Of a stretch of 64,000 nt of DNA, positions 44,975-59,906 are shown one piece after another. The notes under the pieces are model-generated. The model was not told the origin of the DNA, did no database searches, and worked only from the letters and a program-made list of their open reading frames with translations. The position numbers and the translations under genes were made by a program. Position 1 is the stretch's first letter; each line of letters begins with the position of its first letter. This stretch comes from Eledone cirrhosa (Eukaryota): positions 326,926,001 to 326,990,000 of the forward strand of contig OZ024741.1 of the NCBI GenBank assembly GCA_964016885.1, given 5' to 3'.

Positions 44975-45730
44975 TGCCTGGGTTTGTCAGGGAGGGGAAG
45001 GTACCTCTGTAGCTAGCCATGCCCTTTTCGGGACAGCTCGTCCTTAATTGGGTTCCACCTTACACTCAGCTCTCACATGTGACCCCAAGAAGTTGTAGCA
45101 TGCGACAGCGTCCACAACCCGGTAAACCGCCTTGGCTGGCGGCTCGAAACAGGTTGAGGGTAGCCGGACGGGTCTGAAACCTCCCGGTGAGTTAGATAGA
45201 GGATGCCTACTCCTGCATGCGAAGAGTGGACCTGACGGAGTGAGTGGAGGAGGACAACATCGCCCCAAGGGTAACGAAGGCAGCGACAGCAAGCGGTATG
45301 GAGCGCTAAGGCACGGCAAGGCACTACAGACGTCGTGGCCATCCACAGCAGCCAAGGAAGGCCATGGTCGTGACGGTCCTCTGTACCACCAGATTCTGGC
45401 TTCTGCGGCCAATTGAGTGGGACCGTCACTGTGCACTGGCCCTCCCACTATAAACCTTTCCCGCCCAGGTTTCTTCTTTAGCATGCACTCTCAAGGCCAT
45501 GCGGCGATGGGCGAGAGGAGGAGGCAACAGCTGGAGGTAACCTCTGGGAGTTGTCAGTCTTAAACCCGCACGTGCTCCCCGGACTTGCAAGTCAAGGATC
45601 AGCCTCTATAGCCACCTCGCGCCCACGGCAGCCAGGAACAACAATAAAGAGGATGTCATCATCGTTTACAATGGACCACCAAGGAGTTATGTAGAAAATC
45701 TCGAAAGCAAGAATATCCCTGAAGACCGTT
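44975..45730. mobile_element. GC-rich repeat, probably a LINE 5' UTR remnant
   Basis: Abrupt GC-rich block between simple repeats with no recognisable protein; the assignment is by resemblance only. Confidence 0.35.
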
Positions 45731-46007
45731 GATTGCTATAAATAATTACTCCAATGCTTATTTACAAATATCGATATATATATAAATATAAGTATGTATG
45801 TATACGTACATACATATATGTATACAGACGTACAGTAGTATGTATATATATACATACATGCACACATACATATATGCACTTATCGGTTTACCGACATTTA
45901 TTATAATGCTCGGTTTGTTTGTTTGTAATCAAACAAACAGCCCGAATTACGCCGTACAGTGTTTAGGCAACCACGTCATCTTTTTTGTTCAACACTGACA
46001 CAGGAAA

Positions 46008-46046
46008 GATGTACTAGTTTCAAACTTATTAGCTATCGTCAGCATC
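46008..46046 (-). ncRNA. Minimal type I hammerhead
   Basis: GATG-CTGACGA-T-AGCT aata AGTT-T-GAAA-CTAG-TA-CATC. Confidence 0.85.
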
Positions 46047-46617
46047 GTATACCTTCCTGCCAGATGGTTGAACGTCTGAAAGTATATACTTTCCTTATGC
46101 ATATTAACGGCTGAGCAGCCTAATTTGCATATCGAGTGAGTTCAGTCGGCCGGACGCACCGAAAACGATAAATGGAATAGAATGAAACGAAATTTCATTT
46201 CTCACCCTTAATAGGGCACTAACTTAAATGTAAGTATTTATGTATGTATACGTACATACATATATGTATACAGACGTACAGTAGTATGTATATATATATA
46301 CATACATGCACACATATATATATATGCAGGTATCGGTTTACCAAACATTTATTATAAAGCTCGGTTTGTTTGTTTGTTTGTAAACAAACAAACAGCCCGA
46401 ATTACGCTGTACAGTGTTTAGGCAACCACGTCACCTTTTTTTCAACACTGACACAGATATGTATACATATATGTATGTACGTATACATGCATACATGCAT
46501 ACTTACATTTAAGTAAGTGCCTTACTAAGAGTGAGAAATGAAATTTCGTATCATTCTATTCCATTAATCGTTTTCGGTGCGCCCGGCCGACTGAACTCAC
46601 TCGATATGCAAATTAGG

Positions 46618-47343
46618 CTGGTAACATGTATGCCAGTACAACCTGTCTCATGGTCGGGTCGTTGGCGACTAAACTGGCAACCCCACCATGGTTTCTTGGC
46701 GAGGAGGGTCACTTTGGACATCCTGCAGGATGTATATGTCAGGTCACCAGTTGGTGCTACTGGTAACATGTATCCCAGTACAACCTGTCTCATGGTCGGG
46801 TCGTTGGCGACTAAACTGGCAACCCCACCAAGGTTTCTTGGTGAGGAGGGTGACATTGGACATCCTGCAGGACTAAAAACAAAACCTGTCAAAGGGCAAA
46901 GGAGCTCTTAAGAGTCAATGGCCATCCAAAATCACTGGGAGAGATGACCCCTTAGCCTTTGTCAAGGTAGAATTCTAGAAGGAAAACTCTGATATAACAC
47001 CTGCAACCCTGATGGTATCCAATGATGTTGACTTGTTCTTCTTTTTGGTACATATCATCTTGTTTAAGAGAGTGGGACTGGCTCTGGGCAGTGCCTTTGC
47101 TCACTATAAAAGCTTCACGGCACAGGCATTGCTTTATATCTGGAGATCTCTCTGCACTTGTCGTCAGATGGTACCATGGGCCCAGCACTATGTGTCAATA
47201 ATTGTCAAAAGTGTAGTGTTTGTACCAGAATTTTCAAATCGCTGGCTGGACTAAAAAGTCACACTCGTTCAGCGCATCCGTAGGAGTTCTCCTACATGGA
47301 TATAAAGTAGTGGCCGTACTCGAAAACTAGTTGGCAGCCACCA
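46618..47343 (+). mobile_element. Family B element preceded by a partial tandem duplication
   Basis: Full copy 46737-47343; 46618-46731 repeats its 5' portion. Confidence 0.8.
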
Positions 47344-47428
47344 TGTACGTATACATACATACATACATACTTACATTTAAGTAACAGCCGTACTAAGAGT
47401 GAGAAATGAAATTTAGTTTCACTCTATT

Positions 47429-47493
<65 letters not shown>

Positions 47494-47689
47494 TACATAT
47501 ATATATATTTATTAAAATTAAAGTTTATCGCTGCTTTCACCCCTTAAGGAAGAAAGCAGCGATACTTTGCTTAAACCTTAATCTGTTATTTTAATAAATA
47601 TTTGCTCTAGGGTTCTTATATATTTGACATCTACTTATCCTTATCGAGCCCTCTTTGGATTTTAGTCTTCAAATTTACTATTATTACTA

Positions 47690-47730
<41 letters not shown>

Positions 47731-47995
47731 GGAAAAAATGAAACGAAATTTCATTTCCCACTCTTAGTACGGCTGTTACTAAAATATAAGTATGTACACG
47801 TACATACATATATGTATACAGACGTACAGTAGTATGCATATATATATATACATACATGCTCACATATATATATGTACGTATGGATTCACCGAACATTTAT
47901 TATAATGCTCGGTGTGTTTGTAAAGAAACATCCCGTATTAAACGGTAGTGTCCAGCAACCATCGGTGCTCGTTTGTTCAACACTGACAAAGGAAC

Positions 47996-48034
47996 GTTGT
48001 ACTAGTTTCAAGCTAACTAGCTATCGTCAGCAAC
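47996..48034 (-). ncRNA. Minimal type I hammerhead
   Basis: GTTG-CTGACGA-T-AGCT agtt AGCT-T-GAAA-CTAG-TA-CAAC; stem I covaries with the 46008 copy. Confidence 0.85.
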
Positions 48035-48744
48035 CTATACCTTCCTGCCAGATTGTTGAACGTATATACTTACCTTATGCATATTAACGGCTGAGTAGCC
48101 CAATTTGCATATCGAGTGGGTTAATCGGCCGGGTGCACCGAAAACGATATACGGAAAAAATGAAACGAAATTTCATTTTCCAATCTTAGTACGGCTGTTA
48201 CTTAAATATAAGTATGTACACGTACATACATATATGTATATAGACGTACAGTAGTATGTATATATATATATACATACATGTACACATACATATATATGTA
48301 CGTATGGATTCACCGAACATTTATTATAATGCTCGGTGTGTTTGTAAACAAACATCCCGTATTAAGCCGTAGTGTCCAGCAACCATCGTTGCTCGTTTGT
48401 TCAACACTGACAGCGTTCCTTTGTCAGTGTTGAACACATATCGTTTCTGACTCTGGTCGTTATCAAGACATTGGTTCCTTACCCTGCTCCCTGCTAGAAC
48501 ACAATATAGGAGAAAACATATAGTTTTGACACCGATGTACATGGACTGATTAGCCTCTTTTGTATATATAGCTGTCAACTGGCTCGGCGGGAATGTAGAA
48601 GTAAGTGGTCCAGTCTAGCAAATATGTATACACATAAGTATGAGTATTTTGTATATATAGTGATATACGGTACATTTATGAATGAGGTTTTTGAAAGAGT
48701 GTGTGTGTATCATGTATATATCGGTCTATATATATATACATGCA

Positions 48745-48822
<78 letters not shown>

Positions 48823-48906
48823 ATACATAAATAAGCTCTGTAACCTACATAGAGCACTATTTTTCCTGGACCTTCCGACAGAATTACTTCATTTACACAT
48901 ATATTT

Positions 48907-48952
<46 letters not shown>

Positions 48953-48989
48953 TAAGTAAGAATATTTTAGAAACAGCGAGTGGATTTGA

Positions 48990-49414
<425 letters not shown>

Positions 49415-49415
49415 C

Positions 49416-50050
<635 letters not shown>

Positions 50051-50342
50051 ATGTATGTATATATATATAAATGGATGTAGTATGTATGTAAGTATATATG
50101 TATGTATGAATCTATATGCATTTATGAATGTATATGAATGTATGTATGTATGTATATATATAAACAATGATTTCTTGATTATTCAACAAAGTTAATTTTA
50201 TAACAGATTAGAAGCACTCTACATTATTTATTTGGAGTATAATTAATATTAAGAATAGTAATAAATGGAAAATATATTTATAAACCATATTTATATACTA
50301 TTTAATGTGATATGTCACTATCTTAACACCAAATATTATATT

Positions 50343-50392
50343 TTATCTGACGAAAGCGTACTTAAATATTAGTACCCTTGAAATACGTATAA
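50343..50392 (+). ncRNA. Hammerhead-like motif in a fold-back (family copies 60099-60149 on -, partial 60267-60305 on +)
   Basis: CTGACGA-AAGCGTACT...AGTACCCTT-GAAA-TACG-TA-TAA; stem I needs a bulge. Confidence 0.55.
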
Positions 50393-50472
50393 TGAAAAAA
50401 AATATGGTTTTATAAAGATATTTTCCATTTATTAATATTCTTAATATATATATATATGTATATTGATGAAAT

Positions 50473-51140
50473 TAAGCCAAAGTCAAGTCACGGTACAGCA
50501 TTTTTGGTTGGTGTGGTGGTCGGAATCCCTCACACATTTTTGCGTAGAGAAGTTGCTTTGCAATACGATCATCAGATATCCGCACCACGTTATCACACCA
50601 CCTCAACCGATGCCGAAATATCATGCTCTCTATAGTCATGTGCCTGCTCTGTTTGAGAACTTCCAAATCACTGACGAACATTTTCCATCACACCCCAAGT
50701 AACTTACGAAGAGATTGTTGGTGAAATCTCTCCAGTTCCTTGATATGCTTTCTGTATGTGACACACCTTTCACAACCATAAAGCGAAGAAAGGATGAGAC
50801 AAGTCAGATACACTGTGAAAACACTGTGGTCGAGTCTGCCTGAGCAAAGCTGGTTTGATTAGACACGAACAAAGTCATATCAGTAGATATCATGTAGATT
50901 TTGATCTGAAAAAGGGTAAGGAATGTTGCAAGGAAAGTGCTAGCATGGGAGGTCTTAAAAGACACATGAGAACACACAACCAGAACAAAGCAATGGAAAG
51001 CCACAGAAGAGCCTACAGTTGGCATGTTTATGCCAGCGGGCGCAAGTCTTTGGGTGGTTTAAAGAGCCACATTCGTGCGTCACAGTTTTGAGCAGTCTAT
51101 TGGGCTAAGGCAATGCTCGAACACGAGTTTGCAGCCATCA
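50473..51140. mobile_element. RTE-like LINE 3' fragment with 5' inversion
   Basis: Minus 50473-50810 LLYGCE..ELERFHQ..RLRWCDNVVRISDDRIAKQLLY; plus 50830-51090 C2H2-like GGLKRHMRTH and GLKSHIR, then a short 3' UTR. Confidence 0.75.
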
Positions 51141-51293
51141 TATATATATATATATATATATGAAGCAAAGAAAATTTCGAAGGTACGAAAGATTTCCTGG
51201 TGGAAGTTCAGGTGTACTCCGGGTTGATATCCAGTTTCTAGGTGAAAGTCCAAACAGAAAATCCAACCAATTTTGAGAGGCCCACGTAAGCGT

Positions 51294-51385
<92 letters not shown>

Positions 51386-51513
51386 ATTTAAAAGGTAAAC
51401 AGAAATAACAACACAATCGGTATGGAGGCCCTCTTCCTGCTATATCAAGTGTTAACCTAATATATACCTTCCATATACTGTACCGATTGTGTTGTTATTT
51501 CTGTTTATCTTTT

Positions 51514-51580
<67 letters not shown>

Positions 51581-51638
51581 GAACACTGGAAGGTAATATC
51601 CGTAGTGGTAGAGCACTCAGTCCATGGGACGAGTTAGG

Positions 51639-51819
51639 TAGAAGTGGTTACACAACAGTTAGTTCCCCATACCGAGAACAATTGTTTCACTTTAGCGGAT
51701 CCTCAGCTCGTAATGGACATGGTTATTCCGTATAACCATGTCCAATACGAGCTGAGGATCCGCTAAGGTGAAACAATTGTTCTCGGTATGGCAAACTAAC
51801 TGTTGTGTAACCACTTCTA
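51639..51819. ncRNA. Palindrome of two divergent hammerheads (51672-51710 on -, 51748-51785 on +)
   Basis: CGAG-CTGAGGA-tccgctaa(g/a)gt-GAAA-CAATTG-TT-CTCG in both arms around a 6-nt loop. Confidence 0.8.
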
Positions 51820-51834
51820 TAAATCTATATATAT

Positions 51835-52637
<803 letters not shown>

Positions 52638-52736
52638 ACGTATGTATTTACGTTGTAGGTATGTATGTAAATATGTATGTATGTATATATGTATGTATGA
52701 ATCATTGTATGCATATATGAATGAATATGTATGGAT

Positions 52737-52775
<39 letters not shown>

Positions 52776-53015
52776 AGAAAGTATGTGTGTATGTATGTAT
52801 GCATGCATATATGTAGGTATATGTGTATGTATGTATACATTATATATAGCGCTTTTGTCCGCGTTGTCCAGTTTTCTCAAATACTATTTATAGTCATCGA
52901 CCATTGTTGTGATCAGTTTCTTTGGTACAAAAATTTCAGCCGATTTATTTACACTCCTGAAACCAAGGAACTTGTCGCCGGCGGACATGAATTCCTTACA
53001 TCTAATAATACGTTG

Positions 53016-53079
<64 letters not shown>

Positions 53080-53081
<2 letters not shown>

Positions 53082-53268
53082 CGAAGGAAATGTGGTAAGG
53101 AACCAGATGGACCATAACGCACCAAAGTACTCAATACTTAGGGTAGTAGAGTGGGTAATAGGAACGAGTAGGACTCCGACGGCTGAGCTCAAGCCGTTTC
53201 GATGGCTAATTCTGGACAGAATTAGCCGTCGAAACGGCTTGAGCTCAGCCGTCGGGGTCATACTTGTT

Positions 53269-53273
<5 letters not shown>
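53080..53273. repeat. Fold-back of a hammerhead 3' half (family of 16169; also 59527-59733)
   Basis: GAAA-CGGC ttgagctca GCCG-TC-GGGG; inversion point inside stem II; (TA)n on both sides. Confidence 0.8.
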
Positions 53274-53321
<48 letters not shown>

Positions 53322-53577
53322 GGGGGAGAGATAGATAAAGAGCGAGAGTGCGAGAGAGAGAAAGAGAGAGATATATATAGAGAGAGAATCTGCGGTTCTG
53401 TACACACAAGCCAAAACCGCGGTCGAGATTTTACATGTCTCTTTCTCCATCTAATTTTCTCTCTCTCTCTATCTCTCCCTCTTTCTCTCTTTCTCTCTCT
53501 CTCTATCTTTCTATATATCTATCTATTCATCTATCTCTCTCTCTATATATATACATATATATATATCTGTGTGTGTA

Positions 53578-53609
<32 letters not shown>

Positions 53610-54391
53610 GATTATATATATATATATATATATATGTGTATATATAAATACAGTGAATGATTATATATTTTATACAAAAACACTAAATGTGTGTGTTTGT
53701 GCGTGTGTGGCTCTGTACGTCTGTGTATGTGTTTGTATACTTCAGATTTAATAAGAGGATCCATTGTCTATGAGTGAGTTGATTATCAACATATTAAAAA
53801 AAAGTTGCAAACATTTTGTTTACAGCCGTTGGTATTACGTTTGATATTACCAATGACATTCTCATCGAGACTACTTCTCAGTTCGACTCTCACTTTAAAA
53901 GGACATCATAGAAATGACGACCCTCGTCTCTTATCATATTACGACATTTCTGTCACAGCTGTATTTCACATTTAACAATTTGCTGCTGGAATATATTCTT
54001 TAATTGTTGTTAATGGGAAGATGTTTATCATTTAGTCTTTGAGCTAAATTTTAGAAAAATGAAATAAAAATAACATTAATTACATTTTGTTACATAAGCT
54101 TGCAATATTCTCTACCGCCTGAATCAGTGATAATATTTAATTCCATTTTACCTTGTATTTTAACTACATACACATGCACGCACACGCGAGCGCGCGCACA
54201 CACACACAAACACACACACACATACACGCATATATATATGTAAAATGAATGCGAAATTATTAAAATTTAAGATGAATTTAAGAGAAACGTATGTATATAT
54301 GTATAGAGAGAGGTTTTCATTAAATATATATATATATATAATGAAAGCTTCTCTTATATATAATTGGAGAGAGAGTGAATGAGAGAGAGAG

Positions 54392-54482
<91 letters not shown>

Positions 54483-54819
54483 AGAGAACAAAAAAGACAG
54501 AGTGGGACATCGAGAGTGAAAGTCAGAGTGAGGAAAGTATCGGAATAAGAAGAATAAAGAAACAAATGCATCTACGTGAGTATTTACAAGTATTTATGAT
54601 AGGAGCTTTCATCGCTTGCGTGTAATTACTGATATTTATGTTATAGCTATCGGCACAAAATTTCAGAATTTTACATAGAAATGTAGGTCTTTAAAACATT
54701 TAAAAGACACGTTTATGGAAATGAGAATACTTTAACACGAACGAACGAAATTAATATATTTGCTATGAATTTATGTATGTCTTTTCGTTATTCTGCGTTT
54801 ATAAGAATTTGATAAAAAC

Positions 54820-54999
54820 GTCATTTCATTTATCGTAGTAGAATATATCTCTCAATTGCTTCTATTTTGATTTCTGTTGATAGCCTATTTGCGTTATGCT
54901 GGCGAATTTTCAAAATTTTCAAAAATGTACGCTGTCGCGTCATTTACATATGTACATCTTTGCACACACACACACGCACACGCACACGCACACACACAT

Positions 55000-55053
<54 letters not shown>

Positions 55054-55244
55054 CTATATAAATATATGTGTGTGTGTGTGCGTGTGCGTGTGTGTGTGTG
55101 TGCAAAGATGTACATATGTAAATGACGCGACAGCGTACATTTTTGAAAATTTTGAAAATTCGCCAGCATAACGCAAATAGGCTATCAACAGAAATCAATA
55201 TAGAAGCAATTGAGAGATATATTCTACTACGATAAATGAAATGA

Positions 55245-55246
<2 letters not shown>
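54820..55246. repeat. Near-perfect ~425-bp palindrome centred on a (CA)n/(TG)n tract
   Basis: 54820-54990 is the reverse complement of 55065-55246; mirrored ORFs in the track. Confidence 0.9.
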
Positions 55247-55333
<87 letters not shown>

Positions 55334-55672
55334 TCTTCCTGATATTTCAAGCGTTAACCTAATATATTCCTTCCATATACTGTACCAATTGTGTAGTTAT
55401 TTCTGTTTACCTTTTACGTACATGTATATATATATATATATACTAGCTGAGCTACCCGGTATTACCCGGGTATTTTATGAAAGTTACAATATATTTGGCA
55501 CACATTACAAAATATTTGACCATTTAAATATGATTGCTGAATTTTAACCAAAGTAGGAATTATAGCAGAATATTTATTGCCGTTTGGTCAAAGTAAATCA
55601 TCTAGATAAATATATTACTTTTCTCCATTGGTGATTTTTTGAATGCTGCTCCCTATTACAGTCACCATATAT

Positions 55673-55857
55673 AATTGTTTCTACTATTGGCACAAGGCCA
55701 GCAATTACCCAGTGCATTACTGGTACTTTATTTTATCGACCCTGTAAGGATGAAAGGCAAAGTCAACCTCGGCGGGATTTGAACTCAGATCGTAAAGGGA
55801 CGTAACTATGCTGGAAAGCATGGCGTCCGACCCTCTACCGATACTGCCAATCCACCG
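55673..55857 (-). mobile_element. SINE family A nested in the Helitron
   Basis: Reverse complement of the 34788 copy. Confidence 0.85.
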
Positions 55858-56599
55858 CGCATATATAATGCTTTACACATAGATGAACCATTAGGTATGC
55901 TGTCAGTGAAAAGGGCATGACCAAAAAATACATTTAGATTTTTTTTATTTATCCTTTTCTTTCTTTTTTCTTTTTCTTTCTTTTTTTTGCTCAATCTAAA
56001 CCTGTGAAATTCAAACATGTAAAGACTATTTTAAAAACCATAAATAAAATAAGAAAATAAATTTAGCATTGGTTTATGATTGAATAAAAGATTTACTTAC
56101 TCATTTCTGTAATTCGGGGAAAGTGTATTTAAACACTGTAGCTTTCACCAATCTTTGCCTCTATGGCTGTAGGATCTTGTTTGAGGGAGATTTGTTTTCT
56201 ATCTCTATTAGCTATACCAACAGTTATAGTGGCTAACATGACATACATAGATACATACAGACATATGTATGTGTGTAAGGCAGTTGTTTGTGATTTGAAA
56301 TGGATTTTGTTAATATTTTTAGTAGATCGAGTTATCACATAGAACCATTCCTTTTTGCTTCATACATATATACATGCCTGAGAAAGTAAGGTCGGATTTG
56401 ATGAAATGTGTCTACTAATTCTACCCAACAAAGTCCTCACTTATACTACTTTATATGCAGAGGTACCCGGGAATGCCTGCATATTCTTCCAAAGTAACAC
56501 TATGCAGTATATTTGCGGTTTCAGAATTCCTTGCAAACTACATGACTAAGGAATTAGGATATGTGTGTATTGTCATTGAATGAGGAATTACGACATTGC

Positions 56600-57640
56600 T
56601 CATTCCAAAGCCTCTGGATAAACAACATTCTTGGTTTTGCCCTGTTGTGCAACAATGAAGAGACAATCAGGGTTCCCAACCCTTGTTGTGCCAATATAGA
56701 GTTGACCATGTGAAAAGACAGGATCTACCAGATTCAACCCAACGACTACCAATGATTGCCTTTGAGATTTATTAATGGTCATGGCAAAACTGAGCCTGAT
56801 CGGAAATTGAAGTCTTTGAAATTCAAATGGCAAATCAGTTGGCTTCAGAGGTATTCTGGGAATGAAACAATTGTCACCAGCAAATTTTCCTGACATGTTT
56901 GCAACTTCTAGAACATTGGACATCATATTTTTGATGATGAGTCTTTTGCCATTACAAAGTTTTGGAGGATCCAGATTGCGAAGTAGCATAACCGATGCTC
57001 AAAGCTTCTGTATCAGGTTGTGTGGAGGAATTCCCGCTTGTTCATGACTGTTCAAAAATTCAGTTGGATAATTTACAACCTGGTCTTGAGAAATGATTGT
57101 GTCAACTGATTTGTAGCATATTTTCTCTCCCGGTAACATCTCCAGCAGCCTTCTGTTGATTTCCTTCACGTCATCATTTTTAGGTGCGAAGATTGCTCGT
57201 TTACAGAGCCATTTCGGATCACATCGCCTGGTCTGAATGTTTGAAAACACTCTGGCAATCAGTTCTTGTTCTGTGTCAATGATATGGCCAAATGACAACT
57301 GAATATAGTCATTGGAGTCATTTTCAAGAAGTCCATTCCCAATTTAAGTAGTTGGGTGGCAAACTCACTGACACCTTCGTCACCAGTTAAGTGCACTCGC
57401 ATGTTGGTTGTAAGGTTCAGCAACTGAAAGTGGGGCCAGAGATAGGATGTTTTCAGACAGGCATTGAATGATCAGCTCGAGTCCCTTGATGAATGCGAGG
57501 CAGAGTTTATCTGAAATCACCAGCAAGAAGCATTGTCACTCCTCCCATTATGCGAATATTTTCTCTCAGATCCCTTATCGTCCGGTCCAAAGCTTCAATT
57601 GCTCCTTTATGGCTCATAGTAGCTTCATCGCAATGGCACA
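56600..57640 (-). pseudogene. Helitron RepHel PIF1 helicase C-terminal part
   Basis: DEATMSHK, MLLAGDFR*TLP, RAIFAPKND, YPTEFLNS, MLLRNL, QFPIRLSFAMTINKSQ, FSHGQLY, TKNVVY. Confidence 0.9.
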
Positions 57641-57652
57641 CTACTTGCAGTC

Positions 57653-57988
57653 AAGCAGATGCTGCGTCATGGCTTTGAAGTCACAATCATGACTGGAGTT
57701 CGTAGGGGAGAGGGTGTGTTTATTGCACGTATCCCGTTGCTGCCAGCAGACTTGCCCTCTCAGTTCAAGCGACTTCAGTTTCCAATCAGACTAAGCTTCG
57801 CGATTACCATCAACAAAGCTCAGGGTCAAACCCTCAAAGTCGCTGCCCTTCATCTGGGAACACCATGCTTCTCCCATGGTCAGTTGTATGTAGGAGGCTC
57901 TAGGGTGAGCTCCCCAAACAATCCCTTCATTTTTGCTTCCGAGGGCCGAACAAAAAACATTATGTACTCTGAGGCTCTAACGATGTAA
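57653..57988 (+). pseudogene. Second, divergent Helitron PIF1 C-terminus
   Basis: FIARIPL, RLQFPIRLSFAITINKAQGQTL, CFSHGQLYVGGSRV, TKNIMY. Confidence 0.85.
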
Positions 57989-58544
57989 GTTTTGTATTTT
58001 TGTAATGTGGAATTTTCATTAAAGCTGTACATGGATTGACATACCTTGCAACGGATTTACCATTTTATTAACCCTATGGGTCGCCATTGCATGGGCTAAA
58101 ATCACACCGGAAGTCATTCGTAATACCTGGATAGGTATCGGATATCATGATGTGTCCGGATAAATTTAACAGTGAACGAACAACGGCCCTTTTTTTTAGC
58201 GCCACCTTCTTGCAATTGTTACTGCAATCTGGTCTTTAACGGCTTTCTGTAGACTTGAAATTTTTAACCAAGGCTACAGTCAGTATACAGTTGTCAAACC
58301 AGATTTCGGTTTTTCCGTGCCTCTGCACATGTACACCCACTGGGTAGTACATACACACGCTGCGTATAGACGCACAGGCATGCTCCAAGCACACGTGATG
58401 GGAACAGTTAGCCGATTTATACGGTAGCTCCTCCCATTTGCTACGATGTTGGAAGAACAATGTGTCATGGGAGGGTGTGTGGTATCTTTTAAGTGGAGTG
58501 CTGGGGGCAGGTATACCTACCGGTCGTCAGCCGGACGGCCCATC

Positions 58545-58919
58545 TAATAATTGTTTCTACTTTAGGCACAAGGCCAGCAATTACCCAGTGCATTACTGGT
58601 ACTTTATTTTATCGACCCCGTAAGGATGAAAGGCAAAGTCAACCTCGGCGGGATTTGAACTCAGATCGTAAAGGGACGTAACTATGCTGGAAAGCATGGC
58701 GTCCGACCTTCTACCGATACTGCCAAATAAATAATTGTTTCTACCTTTGGCACAAGGCCAGCAATTATCCAGTACATTACTGGTACTTTATTTTATCGAC
58801 CCCGCAAGGATGAAAGGCAAAGTCAACCTCGGCGGGATTTGAACTCAGATCGTAAAGGGACGTAACTATGCTGGAAAGCATGGCGTCCGACCCTCTACCG
58901 ATACTGCCAATCCACCGCC
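58545..58919 (-). mobile_element. Tandem pair of SINE family A
   Basis: Two head-to-tail copies, 58545-58727 and 58728-58919. Confidence 0.85.
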
Positions 58920-59782
58920 TATGTCAAATAAATAATAAAAGTGATCAACGCTGGAAGCTTTCCCTCCCTCTCTTTCATCGTCTTTCTCTCTCACACCCCC
59001 TTACTCTCTCGCTCTCCCATCTCCCACCCTCTCTCTTTCTCTCTCATCCCTTACCCTCTTACTTTCTCTCTCACATCCCCGTACTTTCTCTCTCTCCCAT
59101 TCTCCCACTCTCTCTCCCATCTCCCACTCTCACTCTTTCTCACTCATTCCTTACTCTCTTTCTTTCTCTCTCACATCCCCTTACTCTCTCTCTCTCTCCC
59201 ATCTTCCACTCTCTCTCCCATCTCCAACTCCCTCTCTTTCTCTCTCATCCCTTACTCTCTCTCTCTTTCTCTCACCCATCCCTGACTCTCGTATCTACAG
59301 ACTGGAGAACATAAAAAACAACAAAATGAATGATCTCATTGATATTCATTAGAAAATAAGAAAAATTGAATTTAAATGAATTCCTTGCTTTGCAAAATAA
59401 CACTTTTTCGACTGTTACCTGTCTGAGTGTATAGTGAATATGTACATGTAATTTTGAGGAGTTTGGTCGCGTAGTTTGCTAATTTTAGCCGGACACACAG
59501 AATCGTAAACTTGCATATATATATATATAGGAACCAGTAAGACCCCGACAGCTGAGCTCAAGCCGTTTCGACGGCTAATTCTGGACTCAATTCTGTCCAG
59601 AATTAGCCGTCGAAACGGCTTGAGCTCAGCTGTCGGGGTCTTACTGGTTCCTATTACCCACTCTACTACCTCAAGTATTGAGTACTTTGGTGCGTTATGG
59701 TCCACCTGGTTCCTTACCACATTTCCTTCGTTATATATATATAGATAGATATATAGATAGATAGATAGATAGATAGATAGAT

Positions 59783-59906
<124 letters not shown>

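Larger units (their letters stand above)
55443..57650 (-). mobile_element. Helitron 3' portion
   Basis: PIF1 helicase fragment; minus strand hairpin TACCCGG gtaata CCGGGTA then CTAG followed by T at 55443. Confidence 0.75.

Noticed and set aside
48433-48470. TTGATAA-GAC/GTC-GAAA hammerhead-like motif on -
   Set aside because: The 3' strand of stem I is missing next to an inversion junction; too incomplete to call.
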